Below are positions 51,569 through 64,000 of a DNA stretch of 64,000 nt, piece by piece. A model generated the notes under the pieces. That model saw nothing but the letters and a program-made list of their open reading frames with translations. It was not told the DNA's origin and did not search any database. Source of the DNA: Paraspadella gotoi (Eukaryota > Animalia > Chaetognatha); NCBI GenBank assembly GCA_051294375.1, contig CM119263.1, positions 22,284,833 to 22,348,832 on the forward strand, given 5' to 3'. Each line of letters opens with the position of its first letter. Positions within the stretch are counted from its first letter, which is position 1. Position numbers and translations under genes: made by a program.

Positions 51569-54403
51569 TCATTTGGACTGAATCGGAGGCAGCAGTGGAT
51601 TAGGATTGACGGAGGATTTGACGACGCCTCCGTTGAACAATCCTTTCCCTCGATCCTCCGACCCTTCGTCCCCACTCCGTCGACTCTCGCTCTCCTCAGC
51701 CTCTTCGCCCAACGAGCTCCTGTCCCTTTGTCTCTTCGATCTTTTCCTCTTCTTCGGCGTTTTCGGCAAAGTCGCCATCGTCAATGCCGGCGTCAACATC
51801 CTCGAAGACGCCGCAGCCGCCGTCATCGTCGATGTCAACTCTTTGGTCGGTGACTCCCCGAGCGGCAATGGCTCCCCCATCCTGGTAAGAAAAGCGGAAA
51901 GTGCCCGCAGCTGCTCGTACAGCTGGCGAGTGATGAAGAGCACCTTCTCTTCCCGATCGGCGGTGGATCGAAGGAGTCCGCCGATTTGGCCGACGACGCT
52001 CTCATCCCTGACTCCCGCCTCGTCCTGCGCTGTCGCGTCTTCGGTCCAGTTTTCGCGGAGCCAGCAGCGGATGGTCTCGCTCTCCTCGTCGTGGGCGGCG
52101 GCGAGGAGGTGGTTGGCCTCGATATCGCGCGAAGCCTTCGCCTCCGCCTCCAGCACCTCATCCACTCCCTTGGCGAACCGAGAGTTTTCCTCAACGACCA
52201 CTTTTAGCTGACAACCCAAGAGGTAGACGTCCCGTTCCATCCGCTCCATCTCTTCGTGCTGCGCCTCCATGAGCTCGAGAAATTCCGTTCGACCCTCATC
52301 GACGCGCCGCTTGAGATCGGCTATAGGCTTTTTGATTTCCCGATTCTTCCGCTCGGCAGAATCTATGTCGTCGACGAGCCGATCCGAGTGGTTGCGCTGA
52401 CCGGAGACGCGGCTCTTGAGCGCCGAGAATTCCGCCGTCCTCTCCAGGTAGGCGCGTTCCGTATTTTCAAAGGCGGGAGACGCGGTGGTGTCCAGCTCTT
52501 CCCGCTTCTCGATGTCCTCGCCGACGACTTTGATCTCATCCTTCAAAGAGGTCAACTTGACCTCCAACTCTTGCTTCTTCGATCTGTAGTCCTCCTTGGC
52601 TCGAGCTGTGCCCTCCTTACGATCTTTGACGCGCAAGTCAAGTTCTTTTAAAGCCTTGGAGAGATCGGTTCCCTCTTTGCTTAATTTCTCGTGCAGCTGC
52701 TTTCCCTTGGAAATTCGTTCGGTAGCCTCGTTGACCGAATCGGCGTATTCGGCCCTGTATTCGTCAGTCTGACGCAGCAGGGAATTGCGTTCCTCCTGCG
52801 ACTGCAGCCGCTGCACAGTCGCCGTCTCCAGCTGCTGCTCCAGATCGTTCAAGACATCGCGCAGCTCCTCCATTGTGGTCGAGTGCAGCTCTTTGACCTC
52901 CTCGATCTCGCGTTCCATGTCCTGATTTTCCTGGACGAGGCGATTAACCTCGGACGAGGTGTCGACTAGCCCGTTCTTCAGTTCAGACAAGGCTCGAAAA
53001 AGCTCCCTCTCCTTGGCCTCCTCCTCGGCGGCGGCGAGCTCCGCCTTTGCCAACTCCGCCTTCAAGTTGCGAAATTCCGAGTCCAACGCGTCGAGCTTCT
53101 TCTTGTTCTTGACGAAGAGTCTCTGGATCTCGTCGATCTTTTTCTCGTAAATCTCGCGACTCGCGTCGAATTCTTTGCGACCCTTTTGCCGCTTCGCGGT
53201 GATGGCGGCGCCTTCCCGCACAGCCGCCTGGTGCTCGGCGATTTTAGCCTGCAACGCCTCTTCTAGCGCCTCCTTCTGCGCGGTCATCGTTTCGCAAGAC
53301 TCCTCAATTCGGGCGATGGCCTCCTCCAAGCCGTTGTTGGCGGCCTCCTTCTCTATGCATCGTTCGTGGAGAGCGTCAACCTCTTTCTTTTTAGCGAAGT
53401 TGGTCTGGCGACACCGGTTCAGCTCGTCCGACGTCTCGACGATGCGCTTCTTGTCTTCTTCCTTGCGCCGGTTGTGCTCTTCGCGCTCCTCGAGCATCTC
53501 TTGAGCCAGGATGTTCATTTCCTCTTCGATGTCACGAATTTTACGCTTTGTGTCTCTGCAAGAGAAATATATATATACATAAAAATATATAATTTTAATG
53601 AATATTATAAAATCTAATACTTAAAATAATGAAACAAGTAATTTTGCAATTTTCATAATCTTAATTATGTTTATAAAATTTATAAACAACGTTAGAAAGA
53701 CCGATATTTATTCTCCTAACCTCAGTCTGTCCCTCGTGGCGTTCAACTTGATCTGCGAGGTCGACTTGTCTCCGATCCTCTCGTTGAGCCTTTCCACGAC
53801 AGAGTCGAAATCCTTCGTTTTTTTCTCTATCCCCGGCGACAACTCCGCGTTGACGCGGTCCAGCTCCCGCAGCTTCTCCTGCAGCCGCAGTATCTCGTCG
53901 TTGATGCTTTCCAGCCGTTCCTGCAGCGCTGTCATGGCCTCTGCGTTGGACTCTCTGGCGATTTGTATCGCCTCCTCCATCTCCTCCTCCACCCGCGAGG
54001 GAAGACGCTGCAGACGAGACCGCAGCGTCGCCGCGGTGATCGACGCCGTTTCTAAATCCTGATGGAGTCGAGACTTTTCCTTCTCCAGCGTCTCGAGGGC
54101 GTCGACGACCGAGTCGATGTTGAGCACGTCCTCGTCTCGAAAGGAGTAGGCCGGCGAAGTCATGACCTCGGCCAATTCCAGAAGGTGCTCTACGGCGCGC
54201 TGGAGGGCCAGCTTTTCGGCGGCGAAGGATTTGGCTGAGGCTGTCGCGGAGGGCGGGGCGGCGGAGCTGGCGGCAGCGGGGGAAAAGGGCGTGGTCTCGT
54301 CGAGAGGAGAGGAAGCCGCCGCCGCGACAAGGGACGACGACCTCATTGGGTTAAGGATCGCGGCGTCAAAAGAGACAGAGTCGGGAAATTCCGCCGCCAG
54401 CAT
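51569..54403 (-). CDS. CCDC175: Coiled-coil protein, CCDC175-like (~889 aa)
   Basis: Two exons, 54403-53721 and 53555-51569, joined in phase 2. Heptad-rich. The N-terminal segment LETLEKEK...LETASI...LP..VEEEMEEAIQIARESN...LNAT resembles CCDC175 as I recall it. Confidence 0.75.
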
Positions 54404-56473
54404 CTTACTGCGTTGATGTTCGTCGATGTTGGTTTCTTATGAAAACGTAATTATTGCGGTTACCAAAGCGACGGCTCTCGATTAGCTGCTATTTTGTTTT
54501 TAACTTAAACGCAGCCTTTAACGAACGCGCTCTCTAGCATTTTGCATGAAATTTATCCAACAAAAAGTCTAGGATCATCGGAAGTCACTTTCATCTTTTC
54601 TCAACATTGGGTGTTAAATTACATAATTAATTTAATTAATAATTAAGTTAATTTAAAACCCATTAATTAATATTTTTTTACTTAATTCAATTCTTTTATC
54701 TATTTATTAATTACGCTATTTTTGCTACGTATACGTATATTTTTATAACTTCAGACCGAAACGGATTAAATTAAAAACTAATAAAAAAGTAAAACCCTTC
54801 AAAAGACGAAACATAAACTAAAAAATGTCTGGTTATGAACTTTGCTCTCTATCAACAACCCACGAAAAACATTACTTTTATTCTAAGAGGGAAGATTTGA
54901 AGAGGCCGGAACGAATGAGCCTTTTTTTCTGGCCTGGTTCTTCGGTATATAATATATATTGCGAGACATTGCGTCAGCAGGAAAAAAGTCGAAATGGCGT
55001 TGAAATTAATGAAAGGAAATTAGTACCTAATTACACTGACGGAGCTGCTAATTCGATCGATATAACTCGAAAAAGTTTTTTATTTATTTTTTTATTATTT
55101 TTATGCTTCTTATTTGTTTAATTTTCTTTTTTGATATTTTTTTTCTCAGATTAGTCTTGCTACAAAAAAAAATTATCATCGCTTTTTTAAATTTAAATCG
55201 AAAAAGATTAATTTGAATTTTCCTTCATCCATGAATTTTTTTTCTGAACAGTAATAAATATAAACGTAAACTTGTTCCGGATATACGTAAATGATTTAAC
55301 GGCGAAATAATAGGCAGTTAAGTCCTAAGAAGATGATGACGAAACCCAAAGGCAATAAGGAAAAAAAAGGAAAAAAATAGACATTAGAAACAAAATTTTA
55401 AAAAACTACTTTTATCAGGTTCGAAAAAAAAGTGAAAACATTACGTTATTGTAAAAAAAAACCAAGTTTGAGCAAACGATGCCGGATGTGACAACGGTCA
55501 TGAGCGGTATTAATTCAAGTTAATTAATTAATTAGGCAATTAATTAATTATTTCAAGTTAATTAATTAATTTTAACCTACATGTTTGTTTTTAGGTCTAT
55601 TCATCACTGACCACGACAAAAGCAACGACAACGACGATGACAATAATTCCGATAACGATTAATTGACTTGATTGATAGATTGATTGATTGAATAATAAAT
55701 TGATTGGTTAAATAATTGACTGATTAATTATTTAATTTATTATTAATTAATTAATTGACTTATTGATTATGTTACTGATTAATTATTTATATATTGCATT
55801 TACATTTAATATAAAAAGAAAAAGAAGCATAATCAATTAGTGAAACAGGTTTTTTGTTTTTTCCATTTAAACTCATTTTCACTCGGACGATTCCACCGAA
55901 ACCTGATTTCCAGCTTCATCAGTAAATCATCACACACTTTCCTACTCGCATACAAAATTTCAAGTCAATCGCCCCATATACTCATCAGTAATTGGCGTTC
56001 AAAGCTAAGGGGGGACGGACTGACGGACGGACGGACATCGTTTTTTTTATAATTGATCATAATTCGATGTTTTGACATGATCTAAGTGTCATACCGACCA
56101 GCTTTTGGGATGGGACCGACGGACCGACAAAAAGAATTATAAAAAAACCAAAAACAAACAACGACCAAAAAATATTTTTTCTACAAACCTAAAAAATTAG
56201 TAGGTATTTTAAGGCGCAGCCTAGACTGACGTTCCCTGCTTCCCAACGTTCACTTTGTATTTCGTTTAACTTCCATCACACGAAGCTATATCACACCCAG
56301 CGACAGCGTTCAACTATATCAACTATCAAAAATGTTTTAACCACAATAACAACAATATGAGGGTAATTACGAGACTCAACTCAAATTTTCTTCAATCCAT
56401 CCATCCCTTCAAAAGATCAAATTCACTGGACACCTAGTCTTATCCACCGTAAATTAGTCCAATTTCCACAACC

Positions 56474-58611
56474 TCACCTCATCATGGGCCACATGATCTC
56501 CGCTCGCCGCATGGCCTCAATGCTGTCGAGAGGAATGGTGACGGTCTTGTGCTTTGAGCAGACGTGACCCACGTGAGCGGAACACTGTTCCGGCGAATAA
56601 ACCATCACCCGCGTGATGCCAGAGTAGCGGACGCTGTTTCCGGCGCTGCGCCCGGCCGAGCCGTTGGTGGCGGCGCCGGGACCCGCCGGCGGCCTGGCAA
56701 TCTTGGCGGCGTCGATTAGCGTCATGGTGAGTTTCTGACCGCTGTCGGTGGTGGCGCGCATTGTGTTAGGGTCCAGTTTGACGATGACCGTCTTTTTGGC
56801 CGTGAGCGGAGCGGCGGTGCCGGTGTGGGAGCACGTGGCCCCAGAGGCGGTGGCGGTGGAAGCGTCAGCGGAAGGATCGGGCGAAGGAGTCCTCGTCATA
56901 GCGTCTCGCTCCGTGAACGCCACTTTCTTTTCCACCGTCGAAGAAGAACTCGGCGAAAACGAATTGTCCTCGGCGGACGGCGAAAGCAAGGGCGGCGCCG
57001 TAGCCAAGTCTTCCAGCACGGGCGGCGTCGTTACCGAAGGCCGTTTGAGCGACGATTTGAGCGGCATCTTGGTGACGCTCGTCCGACTGAGTTTTTGACT
57101 GACGCCGTCGCAGCAAACGTTGCGCGGAAGTTTGATGGAGGAGGAAGAGGAAGGGGAGGCGGCACGGGAGCAGCGTTTCGAGTGGAGGGAGCCGGAGGAG
57201 AGGGTGGAGAAGAGGTCGAACGTCTTGAGGGGGCGTGGAGGCGGTGAGCGTAGAGGCGAGGAATCTCGGTGTGGTAGGCGGCAGTAGACGGAAGGGAGGG
57301 AACCGCGAGGGATCCCGCGACTGAACGGGGTGCTCTCGGAATCGCTGTCCGAATCGTCGGAGGGGTCTTTTTCAAAGAATGGGGGGGTTGTCATTAGAGA
57401 TTTCTTAACCGTTAATAACCTTAATAAATTCGGTTAAATTTTATTTTTCTTATTTTGATATTTTTGTAAAGAATTGGGGTTTGTTTTTTTTTGTTGTTTT
57501 TGTTTTTGTTTTTTTTACTTTCTTAGTAATGGACTAACTAGCAGTCTCACTAACCCACCGCGACCAATCACCTCTCTTCTCGTCTCCCTCCGACGCGCGA
57601 CGAGGTCGTCGCCTCTCGTGCGCCTCAGCGATTTGAATGAGGGACGATAGTCGAAGGGTGGGGTTGAATCGAGGTGGGGGCGGGCTGAAAAGGGGGCGCG
57701 GGAGGATGGAGGGGTGAGTCGGACGGTTTCAATTAAAGAATTCATTTTTTTGCACCCTGGCCTATATCGAATGGGCAACGATTGACTAAATTCATGCTTC
57801 CTAAAAAAGAAAATGAAAAGGTCCGGACTGGTCGACACTTAGTACCCAATTTATTTATGTTATTTTTTTCCCCTTTTTTTTCTGTAATTTACTAGCACGT
57901 CAGACCGCGGTATAGCCTAATTCGTTTCGATACTAACTAAGAGAAAGAGAGAGAGTGTGTGAGAGAGAGAGAGAGTAGGGGTTTTAACCTTTAACCAAAT
58001 TTAAGGAACTAAGTGATCCGGATTGTTTATCGTGTGTTCAAAAATCTACGACAGAAAAAAAGGAAGGCGGATAAGACCACGAGTGGAGCGCAAACAACCA
58101 GGTCAACATCAAAAATGGTTTGAAAAAAAAAAAGAGCACCGAGTGATCAGAAAAAAAAACGAGTAAACAACCCAAAAGGTTTTAGTTTCTTTAATCGAGT
58201 CAACAATGAAAGAAAGCAATGTCCGATCGCATTGAATCTTTAAATGATTGATTGATAGATTCTTTTTTTTTTTTACCTCCAACTCTCCGAGGAATCCATA
58301 AAGTTTTCTGTCTCTCCCCGATCCTCCTCTTCCCTCTCATCCTTTTTCTCTTCGTCTCCCGTTCCGTTGCTAAGCGACGCGCCATCCCCGGTGCCGAAGC
58401 TGAGCGACGTCCCGTCCTCGGTTCCGTTACTGAGCGAGGCCTCTTCCGGGCCGTCGGAACGTTCCGAGCAGACGATGCCTTCGTCCTCGTCCTCCTCGTC
58501 GCGGGCCGCATGTCGTGACTCTTCACCAGACGGACAGCTCGACGAGTCGCGCGACATAGGCTCGAGTTCGTAGACGTCGACGGCGCCACTTCCGGTTCTT
58601 ACTAAGTCCAT
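56474..58611 (-). CDS. Uncharacterised acidic, Ser/Pro-rich, probably disordered protein (~446 aa) with SILK-like and RVxF motifs
   Basis: Phase-consistent GT-AG exons 58611-58277, 57684-57572 and 57366-56474. GC-rich codon usage like neighbouring genes. Contains KSSLK, KKVAF and RRAS. Confidence 0.7.
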
Positions 58612-59074
58612 CGTGGGACGAGGCGACGGGGAAAGCGGAGAGGAGGCCGGCCAGATTGATCAGTCGAGAGACGGAGACGGAGATGAAACAGAGAGAGACG
58701 GAGCGGAGATAAAAACAAACTTGATGGGAGTGGCGATTAAGTTAGGCTTGCTCGGCGTTGGCAGCGGCGACGGATAAAATAAGAGCGTGTCAGGAGAAAA
58801 CGCCGCGCGATTCTTTTTAGAGCGTCTGCGGCAAGATGGAGATCGCATTTAGTAATTCGTATTTTAGCATTAAATTTTAAGAGGGAAAGAAATAAATGGT
58901 GAGGGGGAAGAGAAGTGATAAAATATATTTAAATTTTATCAAATTGAATATTTCTTATCAATAGATCCGCGTTAAAAGGTCGAAACTTTTTTCAAAGTCT
59001 CTCACTAACTCTGAAAGTTGAATAACTCCACCGAAAATCCAAATTAAAAAAAGTTTTGAAATAGCGTTTTGCAC

Positions 59075-59245
59075 CTTCCGAAAAAAAATTGATAATTTAC
59101 CTGTAGACTTTGGATCACGTGAATTCCGTGTGACTTTTAAATCTTTGGAGTCGATCGACAAGGACGCGAAAAGTCGCTGACGCGGTGAAAATTATCTTTC
59201 AAGTTTTTCCGGTGAATTTGTGATGATTGTTTGATCGGAGCGATG
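59075..59245 (-). pseudogene. Retinoblastoma-family (spacer / pocket-B start) exon fragment
   Basis: NSPEKLER*FSPRQRLFA...PKSTGKLSIFFRK|GT resembles Rb/p107 KxTGSLxLFxRKV. In-frame TAA; no other Rb exons seen. Confidence 0.45.
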
Positions 59246-59446
59246 TTGTTTGAAAGTCAAGCGGGATCAGAAACAAAAAAAATAATCAAAACAGTTACAA
59301 TCGTCGTTGACTGGTTGCGAAAAATTTTAAAATTTAAAGGAAAAGAAGGTTGAACACTGAACAGTATCATGTAATATGAAACGAACTGAACCTTTTCATA
59401 AAGTTGTGCATTGAATGATAAATAAAGCGTCTGGAAAAACTGATTT

Positions 59447-59491
<45 letters not shown>

Positions 59492-59528
59492 CAACAGTCG
59501 TCCGCGAGAGTTTTGAGTTCGAGTTAAC

Positions 59529-59645
59529 TTTGAAAAAAAACTGCGTTCCCTGGTTTAAGCGAAGGAGCGAAGATCTCGCCGATTGGAAAGGGAGAAGAAC
59601 GGAGCTAGCAGTTTGATTGGTTCAGAAAACTGTCGGTTCGATTGG
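59529..59645 (-). promoter_or_regulatory. Triple CCAAT (NF-Y) cluster plus a CHR-like TTTGAA
   Basis: ATTGG at 59582, 59616 and 59641; TTTGAA at 59529. Confidence 0.45.
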
Positions 59646-60199
59646 CTAAATAAGATCGAGTTTTTTTTTAATTAAAGTTTTAGATTAACTTGACCGTTTT
59701 AACATTTTAAAGTTAAGGTTTTGTTCAGCACGTTACCCCTTTGCTCTTTTATTTGAGGAATGAGACAGACTTTTACGGAAAACCGTGGACCTTTTGTTTC
59801 ATAGATTTAACGTAAGTAACGTTAATAACTGCTTACTAATGGGCATTCGCGATTGAGGGTCATGGGGAATAGCGATTAAGAGCTTGCTAAGTAATGTGTA
59901 TTAGCAAATTACAATTAGCTAAATTACTATCCAATATCCAATAGTTAAGAAAAAACACCACTTGGTCAGCAGTACATTTTTTTCGAGATCAGTCCGCTTT
60001 CAGTAAAAAAACGAATACCAAAAATTACAAGACAGTATCATTAACAAAGAGACAAGTCATTATATCAGTCAATATTTATTTGCAATTTCAAAAGTGACTA
60101 GAACTAGTGCGTTGCCAAATCTTTGGAAGGAAACAAAAATAAAAATCTATAAATAAAAGTAAATCTTGGTAATTAAACTTTGCTTTCACTTATGCTAGA

Positions 60200-60700
60200 A
60201 ATCTACTATGAAATTAAGTTCAATAGGGGCGGGGGTTCAAACTTTAGTCTTAAAGTCTACTTTCAGGTAAAAAAAAGAATTTAAAAAGTTCGATTTTTAT
60301 TGTTGCTATCAAAATTAAAATATTACTATATAATGATAATATTTTTTTTTAATCAATCTTAACTTTTTTGATGGATTCTTGGTCAAAATTAAGAAAAAGT
60401 AAGAAAATTATCGAAGGATGATGATTATAAATAGTTTTTCATATTTTTCACTCACTTATGATCAAAATATCGAAAAAAGAATTATACTTTGTGTAGACAA
60501 CGTTTTGCAAGCTACCTGAATCTTATCTTAAATAAAAAAAATCCTAAAAAAAATTTTAGCCTTTCCTATTTATAAATAAATAATAATAGATATATATATA
60601 TATAATAATAATATATGGGTTATGGAGTAATATTATAATTTTTTGTCTATTGAAATTTTTTTTTTAAATTTAAATTTTCGTTTGAGCAGGTGCTTGATTC
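60200..60700 (-). repeat. Inverted copy of the dispersed repeat at 3915-4485
   Basis: Reverse-complement match along its length. Confidence 0.85.
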
Positions 60701-60751
60701 AAATTTCTTATCCACCTTACAGAGTGTTTTGAAACGAGGGAAGGAAAAAAG

Positions 60752-60942
60752 GAAGGAAGGTTTTCTTTCCCCAAGCGAAAGTAACAAATTAATCATTAAG
60801 CTAATTTACTTTTTAAATTTAACTTTCAACTTTTAGAAAATTCTAAATGTAAGAAACGAAGGAAGGAAGGAAGCTTTTCTTTCCCCAAGCAAAAGTGACA
60901 AATTAATCACTAAGCTATTTTACTTTTTAAATTTAACTTTCA
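60752..60942. repeat. Local ~80-bp direct duplication
   Basis: GAAGGAAG...CCCCAAGC...TTTAACTTTCA occurs at ~60752-60828 and ~60866-60942. Confidence 0.8.
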
Positions 60943-61019
60943 TAATAATTTAATTACTGTCATTAAGAATAGCTCTACTGAAAACTAAGTATTTCGACAA
61001 TCTTTTTAGAGTGGTTGGT

Positions 61020-61035
61020 GGCCCTGAAAAGGGCC
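61020..61035 (-). terminator. Histone mRNA 3' stem-loop
   Basis: GGCCCTTTTCAGGGCC followed by ACCA, ~30 nt after the H1 stop. A purine-rich HDE-like AAAAAGA lies downstream. Confidence 0.95.
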
Positions 61036-61063
61036 CTTGGGTTTGGTTTGAGTTGTTCAAGAT

Positions 61064-61690
61064 TTACTTCTTCTTCGCGGCCGCCTTCTTGGCGGCGGGC
61101 TTCTTCGCCGCCGGCTTTTTAGCGGCGGGTTTCTTGGCGGGAGACTTCTTGACGGTCTTGGGTTTGGCGGCCTTGGGCTTGGCGGGGCTCTTCTTGGCCG
61201 CCTTGGGTTTCTTGGCGGACGCGGCCTTCTTGGGCTTGGCGGCGGCCTTCTTCGGAGTCGCCTTCTTAGCGGCGGGCTTCTTTGCTACCTTCTTCGGAGT
61301 CTTCTTGGCAGAGGAGGGCTTCTTGGCGGCGGCCGGCTTGGCAGCCTTCTTGGGAGACTTCTTTGCGACGGCCTTCTTGGCGGGCTTCTCAGCTTTGGCA
61401 GCCTTGAAGGAGCCAGCGTGGCCTTTGGCGGTAACGAGCTTCCCGCCATCGACGCCCTTCTTGAGGGCGATGTTGATGCTGGTGTTAGTCTTCTTGTTGT
61501 CCTCCACCTTGAAGTTGGCCAGGATGTACTTCTTGATGGCCACCTTGGATGAGCCTTTCTTGTCGTCCAAGGCGATGATGGCTTTGGCGATCATCTCACC
61601 AAAACTTGGGTGAGCCGCAGGCTTTTTCGGCTTGGCGGCTTTCTTGGCCTTGGCGGCAGGAGCCGGAGCGGCGGCAGCGTCTTCAGACAT
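61064..61690 (-). CDS. H1: Replication-dependent linker histone H1 (208 aa)
   Basis: Starts MSEDAAAAP. Globular domain [12 protein letters not shown]...[11 protein letters not shown]...[11 protein letters not shown]-rich tail, no introns. Confidence 0.97.
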   Translation of the reverse strand: MSEDAAAAPAPAAKAKKAAKPKKPAAHPSFGEMIAKAIIALDDKKGSSKVAIKKYILANFKVEDNKKTNTSINIALKKGVDGGKLVTAKGHAGSFKAAKAEKPAKKAVAKKSPKKAAKPAAAKKPSSAKKTPKKVAKKPAAKKATPKKAAAKPKKAASAKKPKAAKKSPAKPKAAKPKTVKKSPAKKPAAKKPAAKKPAAKKAAAKKK

Positions 61691-61860
61691 CTTGAAAGTG
61701 TGCGATATAAGTTCGTTGAACAGAGAGGAACATCTAATGCGAGAACGGAATGAAATTTTTCTCCTCTCGACAGAATTTATCCTCATCTCGAACGAGGATC
61801 GAACCTTAACGAGAGCGCTTCGTTTTCTTTCTTCGAGTCCGAGGATTTTGCCGATTCGGT

Positions 61861-61867
61861 TGTGTTT
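61861..61867 (-). promoter_or_regulatory. H1 AC-box (AAACACA)
   Basis: Exact motif ~170 nt upstream of the H1 ATG; a known H1-promoter element. Confidence 0.65.
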
Positions 61868-63066
61868 GTTCAACGATAAATTTTGTTAAATATCTCCTAT
61901 TTTGTACATTCAATATTAACAATATTTACATGAACGGAAAGAATTTTGAATTATTTTTTTATCGGTACCTATTTTTTTTTAAACTTAAGCTGTTTTGCTG
62001 GATAAATTTACCTGAAAACACGTCTGGTTCGTTTCGTCAGAACGAGTACAATCGCATTTGACATTATTAGAAGTAAATAAGGAAATTTGGCTTTAATAAC
62101 ACATAAATTTTAACTTATAATTAAATACTCGCTTGTATACTTCCTTTGACTGTTATAGACTAATAAGTATTATTTATAATATAACCTGATGAACAATTAA
62201 AAGTGATTTTTTTCGCATTCGTCTAACAAAGAAATGATTCGTTTTGACTCTCTTCATTGAGGTTGGGCTTCAGAATCCTAAGCTAGCATTTAGCGTGTAT
62301 GAGGAGGATAACAGATATGGGTTCAGATAGTTTTATTCTAGAAGTGATAAAAGGACATTAACCTTTTTTAAAAAAAATATCAGCTTTATTCATGAATAGT
62401 AAATAATTATCGCAACTATTAATATTAGGTTCTATAAAAGGAAAAATCATAGCCTTTCGATATTCTTTTAGAAACGAAAAAAGCTCGTTCTAAATTGCAA
62501 GTTCGATGAACTTAAATTATTTTGTTCTATACGTATAAACACTAAGTTATGTTACTTTTTGACACAAGTTATGTTAGTATGACACTTTTTTTTAAATAAA
62601 GAGTGTCTCTATCACTTTTAAGAACTGCTGACTAGCTTTGCTAAATGTTAGTTCGCTGTATATAATTTTTTTATAGTTGATATCAGTTTTGTAAACGCGA
62701 GTTTTACCTCGAAGCTATTCTTATTACATTAAATCTTGAGATACACTTTTTAATATGCGCCTAATATATATATAAATTTATACATAATATAATATTTTTT
62801 GAAAATAATATTTACTTCGATTGTCGAATAATAGGGTCACCATCGATTTTGTTAAAAATATAGCATTATGTAATATGAGTTAGTTTAATCCAAAGGCCGG
62901 TTGGATGATAATGAGAATAAGACAGATCAAGGAAAAAATGTGTAAGGCGGTGGCGGGAAAGAGAGTAAGTGAGAAAAGAAAGAAAGAAAGAAAAGCAAAA
63001 GAATGAAAGGGAGAATGGAATTAGAACGTATGTGTGTATAAGAAAGAAAAAAACATAATAATAGAT

Positions 63067-63280
63067 ATCTACTATGAAATTAAATTCAAAAGGGGCGGGG
63101 GTACAAAACTTTAGTCTTGATGTCTACTTTCAAGTAGAAAAAATATTTTTTATAAAAAGTTCAATATATTTTTTGCTAACAAAATTACTATATTACTATA
63201 AAATGATAACAATTTTTTTAATAAATCATTGATTATTTTGATGGATTCTGATAGAGGACAAAAAGTTATAATGAGAAAAA
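63067..63280 (-). repeat. Third, partial copy of the dispersed repeat
   Basis: ATCTACTATGAAATTAA...GGGGCGGGGGT matches 60201 onward. Confidence 0.75.
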
Positions 63281-63796
63281 AAAGAAAGGAAGAAAGAAAG
63301 AAAGAATGAATGAAAGGAAAAAAAATAGTTGAGAAAGCAAAAACATGGAGAGATGAATTACCTTTACCTTTATTCTCCGCGAAAGGCGTTTCCATATAAG
63401 TAATTTCACTTATTGACTTAGTTGATTACACTTTTCGACTTCTGTGTTTACTAGTTACTAATTACTAGTTAAGGGAAAAACCTAATTTATATTAAATTGG
63501 TACAACCAATATAAAAATTATCCATTCATTTAATAAATAAACTATCTAGCCCCTGACATTTACGTCGTAAACAGCTCCATTTCTAATCAGTCCTAATAAT
63601 CTTACTTATCTACAATGTAGACTAGGATAAATAAGACAAGATGAATAACACTAACAGGAACATAATTTCGGTCGCGGGAAACGAGGCAGTAATTGTTATG
63701 TTCCCCGCCAACGAATTTCTTTAACGCCAACAATCTCGTTAACTTTCCAACTATACTGAACCATCGCGTCCATCGAACCAAGATATTTTAAACCGA

Positions 63797-63960
63797 CCAA
63801 TCAGAGAGAAGTGGCCGTCCCAAAATCGCAGAAAGAAAGAATAGACCAATCAGGATTCGCGATGCAGATGTTTCGGCCAATGAGTATCGAGCCAAAGGCG
63901 TCGAGAGGCCATCGCGATGATTATAATCTCGAGTTGCAGCTCCTCACTCTCATTCACTCC
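63797..63960 (+). promoter_or_regulatory. Promoter of a gene beyond the window end
   Basis: CCAAT at 63797, 63846 and 63877; TATAAT at 63922; TCATTC Inr-like motif at ~63951. Confidence 0.55.
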
Positions 63961-64000
63961 GCATCGCCCCTGAAAAGAAGAACCCACTCAGAATTTTTTT

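Noticed and set aside
51524-54416. Long + strand ORFs opposite CCDC175, and opposite H1 at 61011-61613
   Set aside because: Antisense shadows of codon-biased real genes.
61691-61873. 61-aa N-terminal extension of H1 in the ORF track
   Set aside because: It starts at TTG and overlaps the promoter AC-box. The real start is the ATG at 61690.

Overview
Draft-assembly eukaryotic (invertebrate animal) DNA with AT-rich, microsatellite-rich introns, GC-rich exons and five N gaps. Genes reconstructed by hand from splice sites and protein motifs: a decayed Methuselah/adhesion-like class-B GPCR pseudogene (5.1-8.0 kb, +); the 3' part of a CSPG4/NG2/kon-tiki gene ending ...NNWV* (13.9-29.3 kb, +); S-adenosylmethionine decarboxylase AMD1 (30.6-42.2 kb, -, 9 exons); a Patched-related sterol-sensing-domain gene (31.4-38.4 kb, +) that appears to lie entirely inside AMD1's last intron; a TMEM106-family gene (-); a CCDC175-like gene (-); an unrecognised 3-exon Ser/Pro-rich gene with PP1-docking motifs (-); an Rb-family exon fragment; and a replication-dependent histone H1 (-). 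MITEs, a tRNA-Gly-derived SINE, a ~119-bp satellite and dispersed repeats are also present. The strongest lead is AMD1. Its catalytic residues are intact, but its acidic putrescine-activation residues are replaced. It ends in nine prolines followed by UAG-G, a 7-nt spacer, a 75-nt hairpin and a 200-codon in-frame open tail, which makes it a candidate polyamine/eIF5A-coupled readthrough system. All calls come from reading the sequence by eye; no searches were run.
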